NCBI GenBank assembly: GCA_963664815.2
Contig: CAXXHB010000003.1
Location: forward strand, 3,776,001 to 3,840,000
Direction of reading: 5' to 3'
Length of the DNA stretch: 64,000 bases
Origin: Spirochaetota bacterium
GTDB lineage: Bacteria > Spirochaetota > UBA4802 > UBA5550
Both the position numbers and the translations under genes were made by a program. Below are positions 1 to 11,400 of this stretch, piece after piece. Position 1 is the first letter of the stretch, and each line of letters begins with the position of its first letter. Under the pieces are notes generated by a model. The model did no database searches. It saw nothing but the letters and a program-made list of their open reading frames with translations, and had not been told where the DNA came from.

Positions 1-141
1 TTCACTGAATGGTTTAATAATCAAATCAGCATTCCCGCCGGTTCTGAAAGTAGTACAGAGTGAAAGCGGAGAATTGAATTCCAATTTTCCGAGAGATGAT
101 AGTTCCTTAGCTGTTTTTTCAGTAATGATATTATTACGCAT
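1..141 (-). CDS. murB: UDP-N-acetylenolpyruvoylglucosamine reductase, N-terminal part (runs off the window start)
   Basis: Manual translation from ATG at 141: MRNNIITEKTAKELSSLGKLEFNSPLSLCTTFRTGGNADLIIKPFSE. TTFRTGGNAD matches the MurB N-terminal TTFxIGGxAD motif. Confidence 0.75.
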   Translation of the reverse strand, partial: MRNNIITEKTAKELSSLGKLEFNSPLSLCTTFRTGGNADLIIKPFSE

Positions 142-228
142 TTAATTTTTACTCTTAGTTTATCATTTTAGAGTGAAACCTGATGTCAATAAAATTCATG
201 ATAAAATAATTAAAAATTAAAGGAGAAT

Positions 229-256
229 AAAAAGAACCCCCTGTAAAAACAGGGGG
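229..256 (-). terminator. Rho-independent terminator
   Basis: Perfect 8-bp stem CCCCCTGT-AAAA-ACAGGGGG (237-256), followed on the minus strand by TTCTTTTT. Confidence 0.65.
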
Positions 257-333
257 AGATAAAGAGGAAGCAAAAATGTTACTCAAAATACAAACTCGAC
301 TTAAGGAAATGAAAGCCGCCGAAATTTCAATTT

Positions 334-363
334 AATATATACATAATTATTTAATCCTGTCAA
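334..363 (-). promoter_or_regulatory. sigma70-type promoter candidate
   Basis: Minus strand TTGACA-N18-TATATT. Confidence 0.45.
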
Positions 364-1154
364 ATACAATTTTTAATAAATCTTACAATAATTTAATTTT
401 TTATCACTTTTTTTTATGTAATGTAAACTATAGGCGATATAAACTTATAATTTATAAGTAAAAATCAATATATATTCACTTTTTTAGTTACTACACAGTA
501 AAATATGATAAATTATACATAAATGTCTTATTCTATTATTGGAGCAGTTAATTGATGACTCTGCTCTGAAAGCGGGGAATTCTTTTTTAGTAAAAAATAT
601 ATCCGACATTTTTGATGCTAAATTGTTTACCCCCATCAGCTCTCTCAAAGCAGAGTACAAAGGTTTTCAGCCGGCAGTATAAATTCATCACTCCTTCCAT
701 TGATATAAATAAAACTGACAATACGCATATCAGAGAAAAATGGCTACAGATACTTTAACCATACCCTGTTAACACTATTAAACCAGTATGGAGCGTCGTT
801 ACATCTTCGCCACAGTTCCGTTAAAAAAGGCAGAAAATATATGTTTACGGCTTTAAATTACGCCCCTGTTTTGCATCCGCAGTGTTGCTTTAGTGAAATT
901 ATATACTGTCAGCAGATATTTAGAATGTATTGTAAATAGTTACTCAAAGTTGATTTGAACGCTAGTTATTTAAGATACTTAAGTTTAGGTTTAAATGGTA
1001 CCTTTTTTAATATTCTTCTTTTATAACATCTGCAACACTACTCGTCTATAAATGATAAAGAGACTGCATAAAATAAACTTGATATTTTCCCTTTATAATT
1101 ACCAATATTCATTGCATCATAAGGTCAGCATCAATTGATCGTATAAGGAGCTTA

Positions 1155-1868
1155 ATGTTTATGAGCAAGATCATCAGCAATCTTCGTGAAGAACTGAAAA
1201 AAAATAGTGATCCTCAACTAATAAATTCAGGTAAAAGGTTTTTTAAGGAAGAAGTAAAGATGTACGGAATAAAAACCATTTCCGTAAGGAAAATCGGCAA
1301 GGAACATTTCAAATTAATTAAAGGTAAAACAAAATCAGAAATATTTAAACTATGTGAAGAGCTCTGGAAGTCAGGATATATGGAGGAATCATTTATTGCA
1401 TGTAACTGGTCTCATAATATCTATAAAGACTATGAGCCGGATGATTTTAAAATATTCGGGATGTGGGTCAATACATATGTCAGTAACTGGGCTTCATGTG
1501 ATACTCTCTGCAACCATACTGTCGGCGATTTTATAAAGATGTATCCTCAATATATAGAGGAATTAAAAAAATGGGCCCGCTCAGAAAACCGCTGGGTACG
1601 CCGCGCCGCTGCCGTATCTCTTATAATGCCTGCCAAAGAGGGTGATTTTCTGAATGATATTTTTGAAATAGCGGATATACTGTTGCATGACAAAGATGAC
1701 CTTGTACGAAAAGGTTACGGATGGATGCTCAAAGCGGCCAGCCAGTCGCACCTGAATGAAGTATTCGAATATGTAATAAAAAACAAATCGGCAATGCCGC
1801 GTACATCTTTAAGATATGCCATAGAAAAGATGCCTGAAGAGTTTAAAGCAAAAGCAATGAAAAAATAG
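1155..1868 (+). CDS. DNA alkylation repair protein (AlkD-like HEAT-repeat family)
   Basis: Motifs NWASCD, W..SENRWVRR, LVRKGYGWMLK and RTSLRYAIEK; TAAGGAG RBS. Confidence 0.85.
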   Translation: MFMSKIISNLREELKKNSDPQLINSGKRFFKEEVKMYGIKTISVRKIGKEHFKLIKGKTKSEIFKLCEELWKSGYMEESFIACNWSHNIYKDYEPDDFKIFGMWVNTYVSNWASCDTLCNHTVGDFIKMYPQYIEELKKWARSENRWVRRAAAVSLIMPAKEGDFLNDIFEIADILLHDKDDLVRKGYGWMLKAASQSHLNEVFEYVIKNKSAMPRTSLRYAIEKMPEEFKAKAMKK

Positions 1869-1990
1869 TAATTCCCTGGATGTCTCATGGCGAATATACT
1901 TTATTAAATAAGATCTTTGACGAAATAATTTGAAGAAATTTACCAGGATAAATCCTACATCACTTTTCAAACTTTAAATATGGAGTAAAC

Positions 1991-2437
1991 ATGAAAATTA
2001 AATACGTTCATACAAACCTCATTGCCGCTGACTGGAAAAAACTGGCAAAGTTTTATATAGATGTTTTCGGATGTAAAGTAAAACCTCCGGAGAGAGACCT
2101 TTACGGAGAATGGCTTGATAAACTTACATCGTTACCCGAAGTTCATATAAAAGGTATACATCTGATGCTCCCGGGTTACGACGATAATGGTCCGACACTG
2201 GAAATTTTTGAATTCAATAAAAACATAAATAATAAAAAAAATATCAACAATGAAGGTTACGGCCATATCGCATTTGCCGTTGACGATGTTGATGCCTGTT
2301 TTAAACTGGTAAAGAGCCATGGAGGAAGTTCAATTGGCGAAACCGTAAAATGTGAAGTTGAAGGGGTTGGTATGCTGCATGTTGTTTACGCAAAAGATCC
2401 GGAAGGGAATATTATAGAAATTCAGAAATGGGGGTAA
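1991..2437 (+). CDS. VOC (glyoxalase/bleomycin resistance) family protein
   Basis: HTNL...FY, GHIAFAVDDV and DPEGNIIE motifs. Confidence 0.85.
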   Translation: MKIKYVHTNLIAADWKKLAKFYIDVFGCKVKPPERDLYGEWLDKLTSLPEVHIKGIHLMLPGYDDNGPTLEIFEFNKNINNKKNINNEGYGHIAFAVDDVDACFKLVKSHGGSSIGETVKCEVEGVGMLHVVYAKDPEGNIIEIQKWG

Positions 2438-2769
2438 TATTCCGGCAGATATTCATGATAGTAATAAATTAAGAAACAACGGATGCTATAATACAGATCA
2501 GGATACCGACTCTGCAATTCCATCTGATGACAACGCATACACTGTTCCCATTCCCCAGTTTTAGTTTCACAGATATTTCCCTTCCTTATTCAATTATAAT
2601 TGATTTCATAATTTATTAAAAAATATTTCCGGCAATTTATATAAAAAATAGTAAAAGAATAAATATCCCGTAATCAGTCAGAATTTAGTCTATGAACAAA
2701 TATTATTCGGCATTAAACCCCTCGTGAATTAATCCCATCTGTCCGATAATTTTACCAGGAAGATAAAAT

Positions 2770-3438
2770 ATGAAAAAAATACTGACTGTAATAATAATAT
2801 TTATCGCCGGCTCATTCTCAAATGCAGCTAAACTTGAATCATACAGAGGAAGTCCTCTCCTGTGTATGAAAGTTGAGGAAAACATTCTCCCATTCGGAGA
2901 ATATTACATGATAAGATCATACAGAAATATTACTCAGCTTCTTATATCGATAAATACAAAAATTATACTATACACCGATCGTGACAACCAGACAGATAGT
3001 GAGATTTTTGTTTCATCATATTCGCGCATTGAAGAAGTTCACCTCAATGAGAGATCAATACCACAGAATGAATTCAATCTTGCCGTTGAAAAATTTATCA
3101 GGAATGGCGACAACAGCAACATCGCTACGATTCCTTTCCCCGGCGTTGAAAAATTCATAGCAAAAATAAAAGATGGCTTAAAACCCATAAAAGAAGACGG
3201 GGAATATTTTATCTACCTTAAGGAAAATGGCAGCCCGGAATCGCTTATGACCATCAATCTTTTATGGAAAAAACTTACATTACGCAATATGCTTAACGAA
3301 AATGGAATACCATCAACATTTTACAGCATATACATCGATGAATCTAACGACAGGAATATAAAGAAAATAATAAGAGAGTATTCCTCAATATTAAAAAATA
3401 GCCTGAAATCATCACAATCTCCCTTGACAAAAACCTGA
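2770..3438 (+). CDS. Secreted hypothetical protein
   Basis: 222-aa ORF with signal-peptide-like N-terminus and AGGA RBS; no recognised domain. Confidence 0.6.
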   Translation: MKKILTVIIIFIAGSFSNAAKLESYRGSPLLCMKVEENILPFGEYYMIRSYRNITQLLISINTKIILYTDRDNQTDSEIFVSSYSRIEEVHLNERSIPQNEFNLAVEKFIRNGDNSNIATIPFPGVEKFIAKIKDGLKPIKEDGEYFIYLKENGSPESLMTINLLWKKLTLRNMLNENGIPSTFYSIYIDESNDRNIKKIIREYSSILKNSLKSSQSPLTKT

Positions 3439-3642
3439 TAAATTTTAATAAATCTGCATGGACTCACCAAAAAAAACAGCGATACCACAGGAAAACGACT
3501 TTACGGATGTTTAAAGTCTGTATTGCCGGCAGCAATGAAATCGCCGCGTTTCTCTGGATAATTCTCTCAAGGAGAACATTCGCAACAATTGAAGTATGGC
3601 GTATCAATCTGATAAAAAAATTTATATTGCGGGAGGGATATA

Positions 3643-4743
3643 ATGGAATTTAAATATTATATGCCTGTAAAAACTTTTTTCGGAAGGAACTGTATCTTAA
3701 AAAACCGCAGTGAGTTTTTAAGACTCGGGAAAAAAGCACTGATAGTTACAGGCAAATCATCCTCCGGAAGAAACGGGTCACTGGCTGATGTAATAAAGTC
3801 TCTCGACAGCATAAATATACCACATATACTATATAACAGTATTGAACCCAATCCCACAGTGGAAAGCGTGCGTAAAGCGGCGCTCTTTGCAAAAGAGACA
3901 GGCGCTGAATTCATAATCGGTATTGGCGGAGGTTCCCCTGTTGATGCAGCAAAAGTAATAGCAATATTAGCAGTGAATGACATTGACGATGACACTCTCT
4001 TCAGCGGTATTTTCCCCGAGAGGCCGCTCCCTATAGCAGCCGTACCCACAACCGCCGGTACCGGGAGTGAAGTTACCCCTTATTCGATACTGACATACAA
4101 TAAAATTCAGACAAAAAAAAGTGTAGGATCAGACTCAATCTTTCCGGCAGTTTCTTTTCTTGATCATGGGTATACTTCAACCTTAACAATTGAAACTACG
4201 ATTAACACCGCTATTGATGCATTATCTCATTCCATTGAAGGATACCTGTCTGTCCGTTCAACCGATATAATAAAGCCATACGCACTGGAGAGTATAAGTC
4301 TAATCGGGCAATGCCTCCAGGCTTTAAAAGAAAAAAGTGTAACAGATAAAGAGAGAGAAGAACTGTTATATGCATCAATGCTCGCCGGAATTGTTATAGC
4401 ACATACAGGCACAACCGTAATTCATTCAATGGGTTATCCCATGACTTATCACAGGAATATAGACCACGGCCGGGCAAACGGCCTTCTTCTTTATAATTTT
4501 TTAAATTTCGCCGGACCGGTTACACACAAGGTTAGAGATATAATAAATGCCATGAACATGAAAAGCATAGATGAATTCGGTGAAATAATAGACAATCTTC
4601 TGGGAGAAAAAGAATTATTTTCAGATGAAGAAATTTCAATGTTTACAGACACAGCAATTACATCTAAAAATGTATCAAATACCAATCCACCGCCAGACAA
4701 AAAAGACATAAGAAAGATATTTGAAGATTCATTTAAACGGTGA
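3643..4743 (+). CDS. Iron-containing alcohol dehydrogenase
   Basis: GGGSPVDAAK, PTTAGTGSEVT, DALSHSIEGY and iron-binding His residues (HSMGY, HGRANG). Confidence 0.9.
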   Translation: MEFKYYMPVKTFFGRNCILKNRSEFLRLGKKALIVTGKSSSGRNGSLADVIKSLDSINIPHILYNSIEPNPTVESVRKAALFAKETGAEFIIGIGGGSPVDAAKVIAILAVNDIDDDTLFSGIFPERPLPIAAVPTTAGTGSEVTPYSILTYNKIQTKKSVGSDSIFPAVSFLDHGYTSTLTIETTINTAIDALSHSIEGYLSVRSTDIIKPYALESISLIGQCLQALKEKSVTDKEREELLYASMLAGIVIAHTGTTVIHSMGYPMTYHRNIDHGRANGLLLYNFLNFAGPVTHKVRDIINAMNMKSIDEFGEIIDNLLGEKELFSDEEISMFTDTAITSKNVSNTNPPPDKKDIRKIFEDSFKR

Positions 4744-4846
4744 CCGGGTAATAAACATCCCCATGGACAGATACAGGGAAGATTACAACTACAGAGTATT
4801 AAATACTTCCCGACAATAGCCCTGAACCATTAACAATAAATTCGGG

Positions 4847-6226
4847 TTATATCCCTTCTCCTGTAAAAACACCGTTATCCCATATTCCCTGCTTAATAAT
4901 TTTACCATCAGGCGCGTATTCAATCCCTTTGCCATGCATTTTATGATCTTTCCATCCACCCACATATCGTCCTCCGTCATTCCAGAAATAAGTACCTTCC
5001 CCGTCCTGAAGATTTTTTTTCCATTCCCCGATATACTTATCACCGGATTTCCATATATATGTTCCACTGCCATCCTTCATGTCGTTTTTATAATCCCCAG
5101 AATAAGTTTCTCCATTTGTGGCAAAGTATTCTCCATGTCCGTCCATAAGATCCTTTTTAAACTGGCCTACATATTTATCTCCGTTGCCCCAGATGAAGGT
5201 TGCTTTTCCCTCGCGGAATCCTTTCACAAAATCGCCGGTGTACTGGTTTCCGTTTGTCCATGTATATATCCCCTTACCCTCCATATATCCATTCTCCCAG
5301 TCGCCTGAATAACCTGATCCATTATAATACTTCAGCGAACCCTTTCCATGCCTCATTCCGTTCTTAAATTCACCACTGTACACGTTGCCATTTGTCCAGT
5401 AAAACTCACCTTTACCATGCATCCTGTTTCCTTTATAGTCTCCTATATAACGGTTGCCGTTGGGGTATAAAAATGTATTACTGCCGCGTTTAATCCCAGG
5501 AATAAGACTGTACACCGGCATTCCCCTGTACACTTTGCTTATCAGCATCCGTGTTCCACCTATCATACAGCATCTTGTTTCGTCCGCAGATGGCATAACA
5601 ACTTCTATCGCTGCCATGAGACCCGCTATTTCCACAAAGAACTTATCCCCAATCTTCATATCACTGCCTTTTATAAAAACTTCTCCGGAAGATACATTCA
5701 CTTTTGTCACCTTCCCCGTTTCAACTTTATCTTCATCAGTAAGCCCTGGTAGCGCGATTATATCAACAAAAAGATAATCAAAGAACTCCCCCTGTTCGAT
5801 TGAACCATCTGCGTATCTGTACACTCCTTCACCCCACGGGACATTAAGTTTAAAATCTCCTGTATACAAATCACCGTTGTTGAAACTAAGAGAACCATAA
5901 CCAACACGATTATCATTAACCCAGTCCCCTTCATATTTCTCTCCCCAATTTTTGTAATGCATGACCCCCCGGCCATTGCGTATATTATTTTTATTTTCAC
6001 CCTCATAACAGTCGCCGTTTTTATAGACAAAAACACCCTTCCCATTGTCGCAGTCACCCTCAGCACATCCGCCTGTGTAGGTTGATACAGGCGACAGATA
6101 CTTTTCACATCCCGATAATTCAGGTTTCATTTCTGCAGGCTTCACATCGGGAACTGTAGTTGGAGCGCTGCTGCACCCGGCCAGAACAATTAAAATTGAG
6201 ACGATAATTACATTTTTTCTTATCAT
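4847..6226 (-). CDS. MORN-repeat lipoprotein
   Basis: Lipobox LAGC; many YxGxF/WxxGxxxGxG repeats in two blocks separated by a non-repeat domain. Confidence 0.85.
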   Translation of the reverse strand: MIRKNVIIVSILIVLAGCSSAPTTVPDVKPAEMKPELSGCEKYLSPVSTYTGGCAEGDCDNGKGVFVYKNGDCYEGENKNNIRNGRGVMHYKNWGEKYEGDWVNDNRVGYGSLSFNNGDLYTGDFKLNVPWGEGVYRYADGSIEQGEFFDYLFVDIIALPGLTDEDKVETGKVTKVNVSSGEVFIKGSDMKIGDKFFVEIAGLMAAIEVVMPSADETRCCMIGGTRMLISKVYRGMPVYSLIPGIKRGSNTFLYPNGNRYIGDYKGNRMHGKGEFYWTNGNVYSGEFKNGMRHGKGSLKYYNGSGYSGDWENGYMEGKGIYTWTNGNQYTGDFVKGFREGKATFIWGNGDKYVGQFKKDLMDGHGEYFATNGETYSGDYKNDMKDGSGTYIWKSGDKYIGEWKKNLQDGEGTYFWNDGGRYVGGWKDHKMHGKGIEYAPDGKIIKQGIWDNGVFTGEGI

Positions 6227-6396
6227 TTAAATACTCCCTTATAAATTCCTGTGATGAATAAATAGAGAAATCTATAATAAGTCAAAAAAACTGTACAGGA
6301 TAATAACTTTTTCAGTTGCTGAGGTTTGCAAGGAAAAACAACAGGTATACAAAAACTGATTAAACAAAGCAGTTTGATTAACAGGCTTCTATTTCA

Positions 6397-7404
6397 TCAG
6401 ACATGTATAGCTTTACCAGCCTGAAGTTCTATATATTTATTGCCGAAAGATTCTTTAAATTTTTTTATTGTCCAGTCAGAGCTGTCATGTGGAGAGAGCG
6501 AAACTATCTGCGGATTTATTCTTTTAATTGAATTTAACGCCTGGTTTACATCACTCTCCCTCATCCCCCGCAATGGTCTTCTGTCAACTCCGACAATATT
6601 CTGCATATTTAAGGGCCCTATCATAACTCTTCCACCCTTTACCGGAAGATGAAGACCGCCTATAATACCATAAATAGGTTCATCGAAAATATCCGTGACT
6701 CTATTTATTATATTATCAATACCCTGGTGTCCACATCCTATTATCAGCACTATCCCCTTCCCTTTCACGTTGATTGCAAGACTCTGTTCAACGATATATC
6801 CAATAAGGAAAAGCGATCTGGGATATATACCGATTGAGGCTATTCCTTTATCAATTATTTCCGGATCATTGATAACTTTTACATAGGGACCGGGATTGTT
6901 TTCCGAAGGTGCAATATTCCCCGGAGAATATACCGGGATTCCGGCAAGTTCAACTTTTCCGGCCGAGAGACTGAACCGGCACTTCCTCTCTTCATATTTT
7001 CCCCCGACATGATCATTATGTATATGACTGATAAAAACTGCATCCAGATCTCCCGGCGATAATCCGGTTTGTTTAAGATTAATAAGCAACGGTGACGGGT
7101 GCTCTTTCTTTTTATTCAATCCAAGATCAAAAAGTATTCTGCGGTTCCCCGCTTCAACAATATACGCAACACCCGCCTCGGTTCTGTAACTGTCATCTAT
7201 TGCATAATAATCAACCAGTGGTATAATAGTAAGTGAATCAACATGACCAATATCTGCGAGTTTTCGGATATTCAATACAGCAAGTTGTTTGGCGGCTTTA
7301 GCTGATCCTTTTTTCAACCTGACAATCATTATGAGTACAAACATGATGAAGAGGGAAAATATAGAAATTACAGCAGAAACAACAGCAAAAATGACATTAT
7401 TCAT
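6397..7404 (-). CDS. Membrane-anchored MBL-fold metallo-hydrolase
   Basis: N-terminal TM helix; HIHNDHVGG (HxHxDH), GCGH and GGLH motifs. Confidence 0.85.
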   Translation of the reverse strand: MNNVIFAVVSAVISIFSLFIMFVLIMIVRLKKGSAKAAKQLAVLNIRKLADIGHVDSLTIIPLVDYYAIDDSYRTEAGVAYIVEAGNRRILFDLGLNKKKEHPSPLLINLKQTGLSPGDLDAVFISHIHNDHVGGKYEERKCRFSLSAGKVELAGIPVYSPGNIAPSENNPGPYVKVINDPEIIDKGIASIGIYPRSLFLIGYIVEQSLAINVKGKGIVLIIGCGHQGIDNIINRVTDIFDEPIYGIIGGLHLPVKGGRVMIGPLNMQNIVGVDRRPLRGMRESDVNQALNSIKRINPQIVSLSPHDSSDWTIKKFKESFGNKYIELQAGKAIHV

Positions 7405-7450
7405 TACCGGATCTCCAATAGAATATTTCAGTAAACTGCCGTTATTATCC

Positions 7451-8128
7451 TTATAAGTTAAAATGAAGTTTTACATTGAAGATAAGTGAAATCAATTTAG
7501 TCATGAAATAGAATATTAAAAAAATAAGTATCACCATAAGAGTGGTATTTGCTTTATAAAGAAATTTTTCTGAAAAAGATTTTTTATATCTGTGAAGAAT
7601 GGTTGCCTCAAGAATAAGATATAAAGCAAGCCCAAAAGCTCCTGAAAATACAAAAAGAGCCTTTATCGCAGGAGTCATCACTGTAAATATATTCAAATCC
7701 GCAAAAAGCTTAAATCCGATAAACCACCAGATTATCATTCCAGGATTGGTGACTGCAATCGTAAATCCTGTAAGGAAGGAGAGCCTTTTCCCGTAATTAA
7801 TACGTTTCTCCTTATGACGCATATAATCTCTCTCCTGGTAGGATTTATACATCAGGTATGAAAGAACTAATATACCCATGCAGTAAATAACAACCTGGAA
7901 ATCTTTATGAAGGAGAAAATCTCCGAATCCGAATAGTGCAAGCAATCCATATAAAAGGTCCGACAAAGCAGAACCCATAGCAGTTGCAATGGCAGGTTTC
8001 TTGTGACCATTGATAGTTTTCTTTATAACTTCAAGCTGAACTGCGCCTACAGGAATAGATGTTAAAAAACCAAGAACTGTCCCGAATAATACAGTTGCAA
8101 TCAGTTTAAAAATGTAAATACAATCCAT
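7451..8128 (-). CDS. LysE family translocator
   Basis: IPVGAVQLEVIK, GSALSD and GFTIAVTNPG motifs; hydrophobic helices; start moved to the ATG at 8128. Confidence 0.8.
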   Translation of the reverse strand: MDCIYIFKLIATVLFGTVLGFLTSIPVGAVQLEVIKKTINGHKKPAIATAMGSALSDLLYGLLALFGFGDFLLHKDFQVVIYCMGILVLSYLMYKSYQERDYMRHKEKRINYGKRLSFLTGFTIAVTNPGMIIWWFIGFKLFADLNIFTVMTPAIKALFVFSGAFGLALYLILEATILHRYKKSFSEKFLYKANTTLMVILIFLIFYFMTKLISLIFNVKLHFNL

Positions 8129-8177
8129 TATATAACCCGAAAAATTTATATATACGGCCAGAGACAAAAGTCATAAC

Positions 8178-8221
8178 CATTTCATCTGCCAACTGTAATA
8201 CATCTCCCGGCAGATGAAATG
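8178..8221. repeat. 13-bp perfect inverted repeat (hairpin between the dikinase-like gene and the LysE gene)
   Basis: CATTTCATCTGCC ... GGCAGATGAAATG. Confidence 0.6.
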
Positions 8222-8423
8222 CTGTTACAGATAAAAGATCCAACTTGAAATAAATATCAAATTATTAACCATATTACAACCATTAAATAAAAATGTATAT
8301 TATTTTTCAGTATTAATTTCCAAACATATATTTCACTTTAAATAAGCATTTATTATACAGTAAAACTTGCCGGTAATATAAGATACCGGAATGTATAATT
8401 TTTTATCTCCCGGGTCTGTTAAC

Positions 8424-11400
8424 TTATCTCTGTTCAACCGGTGCTACAAGCTCTTCAATTACCCCGAGAATTTCATCTTTAATCTCTTTGTATACATGGT
8501 CAACCACAGAAACCTCAAGAATCGGTATATCCTCAATATAGATTCTTCCGGTATTGGCATCAAGTGTTATATAATCGCCCTCATGAAGTTGAACCGAACC
8601 GAGGATTATCACATCATCAGGGCGATTCTCCCATAAAACATCAGTAACGCACGGTTTCCCCTCCCCTATTGCGACAAGGGCTGCATGGGAAGTTACTCCT
8701 CCCTCCTTGGATATATACCCGTAAAATCTGTTTTCTGCCATTATCACTTTAGGCGGCACATTGCTTTCTGTAATAAAAATCAGATTCCCGTCAAACTTTG
8801 AAATATTGTTCTGATCCTTTACAATTTTTCCTCTTACCGCACCCCCGTTTACCGGCTTCCCCTGTATAACTACCGGCGCATCATGAAGCAACCTGCTGTC
8901 CAGATAAGTTCCGATAATTTTTTTATTAAGCCCGAAAGCTGTTCTTTTTATAAGCTTGTACTTGGTATAGATATTCTCTTTATAAAATTCATAGCTGTTT
9001 ATAATTTTAGCAATCGGTGATTGTTTCAGAATCCTCGACTGAACAATATATGTCATTCCCTCTCTTATTGCAAATTCAATATCGGTTGGATATCTCTGTA
9101 TCCTTTCATCATAATGTTTGAATTTTTTAAAACTTTCAAAGTGTTCCGGGTGGAGCCTTATAAAGTCCTCAGTGTTCCCCGGAGTAATGGCACCATCTGC
9201 AATCACGTTGCCAAAAAAACCATCACTGAACTCTATCTGTTCCTCGTAAGCGCTCCCTATTTTGCCTGTATTAGGATTTCGTGTAAAGAAAACACCTGAA
9301 CAGTCATCAACAGAGAGAACCGGTACGCATTCCTGAATAAGGCATCCGGTCTGGAACTGTTCCGGTATACCCAGGTGAACAATCTGTTTCTGTACAACAT
9401 CACTTTCAAATGATCGGAACACAGCCTCAACCGAGTTATAAAGCTGTTCATGCGGATCATCTGGTATTCTGACATTTGAACTGTATTCCCTGATTAGATC
9501 GGACATTGCTTCTGCAACATCAATCATTATGAACATTCCTTCTTTAAAAACTGTCACATAACTGTCAAAACCGGTATCCCTTATCAATCTTTCAGTATCA
9601 AGCCCCATCACACTCTTCGCGTAACTCAGCATAAATGTAATATATGCCTGATACGCCCTTGCAGGTTCCTTCAGTTTCTTTGACCATTTGTCTGCAATAG
9701 ATTTATTAATCCCGATATGGCTGATAGTGTCCAGAATCCCTGGCATGGAAACAACACTTCCCGACCTTGCCATGAGAAGAAGAAGATTGGATGGATCCCC
9801 CAGCTTTTTACCGGTTCTGCGCTGAAGGTTCTCTGCAATTCCGAAAATCTTCTTTCTAAGATCATCAAGCGAGAAGTCACCCCTCTTTATATAATGCCAT
9901 GTAAGCGTGCTGAACCCGTAACCCTTGGGTACATCAAACTTCGGAAGTTGAGAGGACTGAATGATTCTGGAATTTCTTATCTGAGAAAACCCCTTACCAC
10001 CCATGAATTCCGGGCTTTCCAGAGCCTCTCTCGACTCACTGCTGTCAATGCCGAAGGTATACACAAAATCATCAAGTTCAAGTTCATGTTTTGCCTTGAT
10101 GGTATCAAGAACTTTCTGAAACGGTTCCGCGGCTTTTCTTGCCTCGTAGTTTTTCAGACTATTAATGAGATTGCCGAGCAAGTGAGTTGTTTTTTCCCTG
10201 ATTATATTATTGAGAATTGCAGTAAGCGCAGGTGCGTTGTCCCTGTTTACAAGACATTCTGAATAGAGCTCCTTTATCAGCAGGAAGTTATTCTCCAGTT
10301 CAGAATTCATGGCCTCTACAATACTTGGTATATGAGCTATTCGGTCAGGCCTTTTGTCAAGCTGCTGAAGTAACCGTTCAATCAGGAAAGCAAACCTGCC
10401 AAGGATCTTTGTTCCGTGCCCCACAGACCTTGCGCAGAATGCAAGATCCACGAGAACATTCAGAGATTCAACATATACCTCGTCAGTTATAACACGGAAT
10501 TTTATGTTTACAATATTTGAATAATATATAAATGCAATCTGTTCAAGAATTGAATCGGCAGTAATAAGTCTGAAAAGGATTTCACCCTTTTTATTTATTT
10601 TACTCTGTGCTATCTCCTCAATAAGTTTTTTGAGATTATACCTGAGTTTTCCCAGTGCGATATCTGTCCATTCCTGATTCCTGACGTTTTCACGTGTTTT
10701 ACTTATTGAACCGATAGATTTCTCATATGATTTTAAAGCAGTAATTTCATCAGTAATTAATCCTGTAAGATTTGATTCTATAACATTCAGGAATTCATCC
10801 CTCGAGAGATTATTTTTGTTATCACCCCTGTCTGACCAGGCGGTTTTAAGTCTGTTTTTTAAAGTGAGAAGATCCCGGAACACTTCCGCTTCAAGAAGAT
10901 CGTCCTTTTCCTCCCTGGTCACATTATAGACAGTGCTCCCCTCAATCATTGCAGATGTCTTGTCTGAATGAAGGAATTTCTCAAACTTTTCTATCTTGGT
11001 GATCACCTTTTCAGAAAGATGCTGATGTGTAAGCTTTCTTATATCCGCAGCAATCGAACCAAATGTCTGGTCGTACCTGTACTCTGCCTCAAAGTCGTGT
11101 GCTATATCACGCAGTTCTGTTATATCAATTCCATATATATTAAATTTCGGTATATGCCTTATCAGCTCATATATAAGAGAATAAAGTTCCTCAAAATTAC
11201 TCCCATCATAGCATTCAAGAAACTCAATCACATGAATTTCAAGTTCTCCAAGAGACTCTGTTCTTGAGCCTTTGAGGCTCCCTCTGGTTTTAATTTCGTA
11301 CCTGATAAAAAGAACTATATCAACAAGTTTCTCCTTAATGATCCTGTTCTCCTTTTCACGGCACAAACCATTCAGCAATCTGCTCACATCATCGACAAGT

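Noticed and set aside
588-689. 33-codon minus-strand ORF after AAGGAG
   Set aside because: RBS spacing is only 2 nt and the peptide has no recognisable features.
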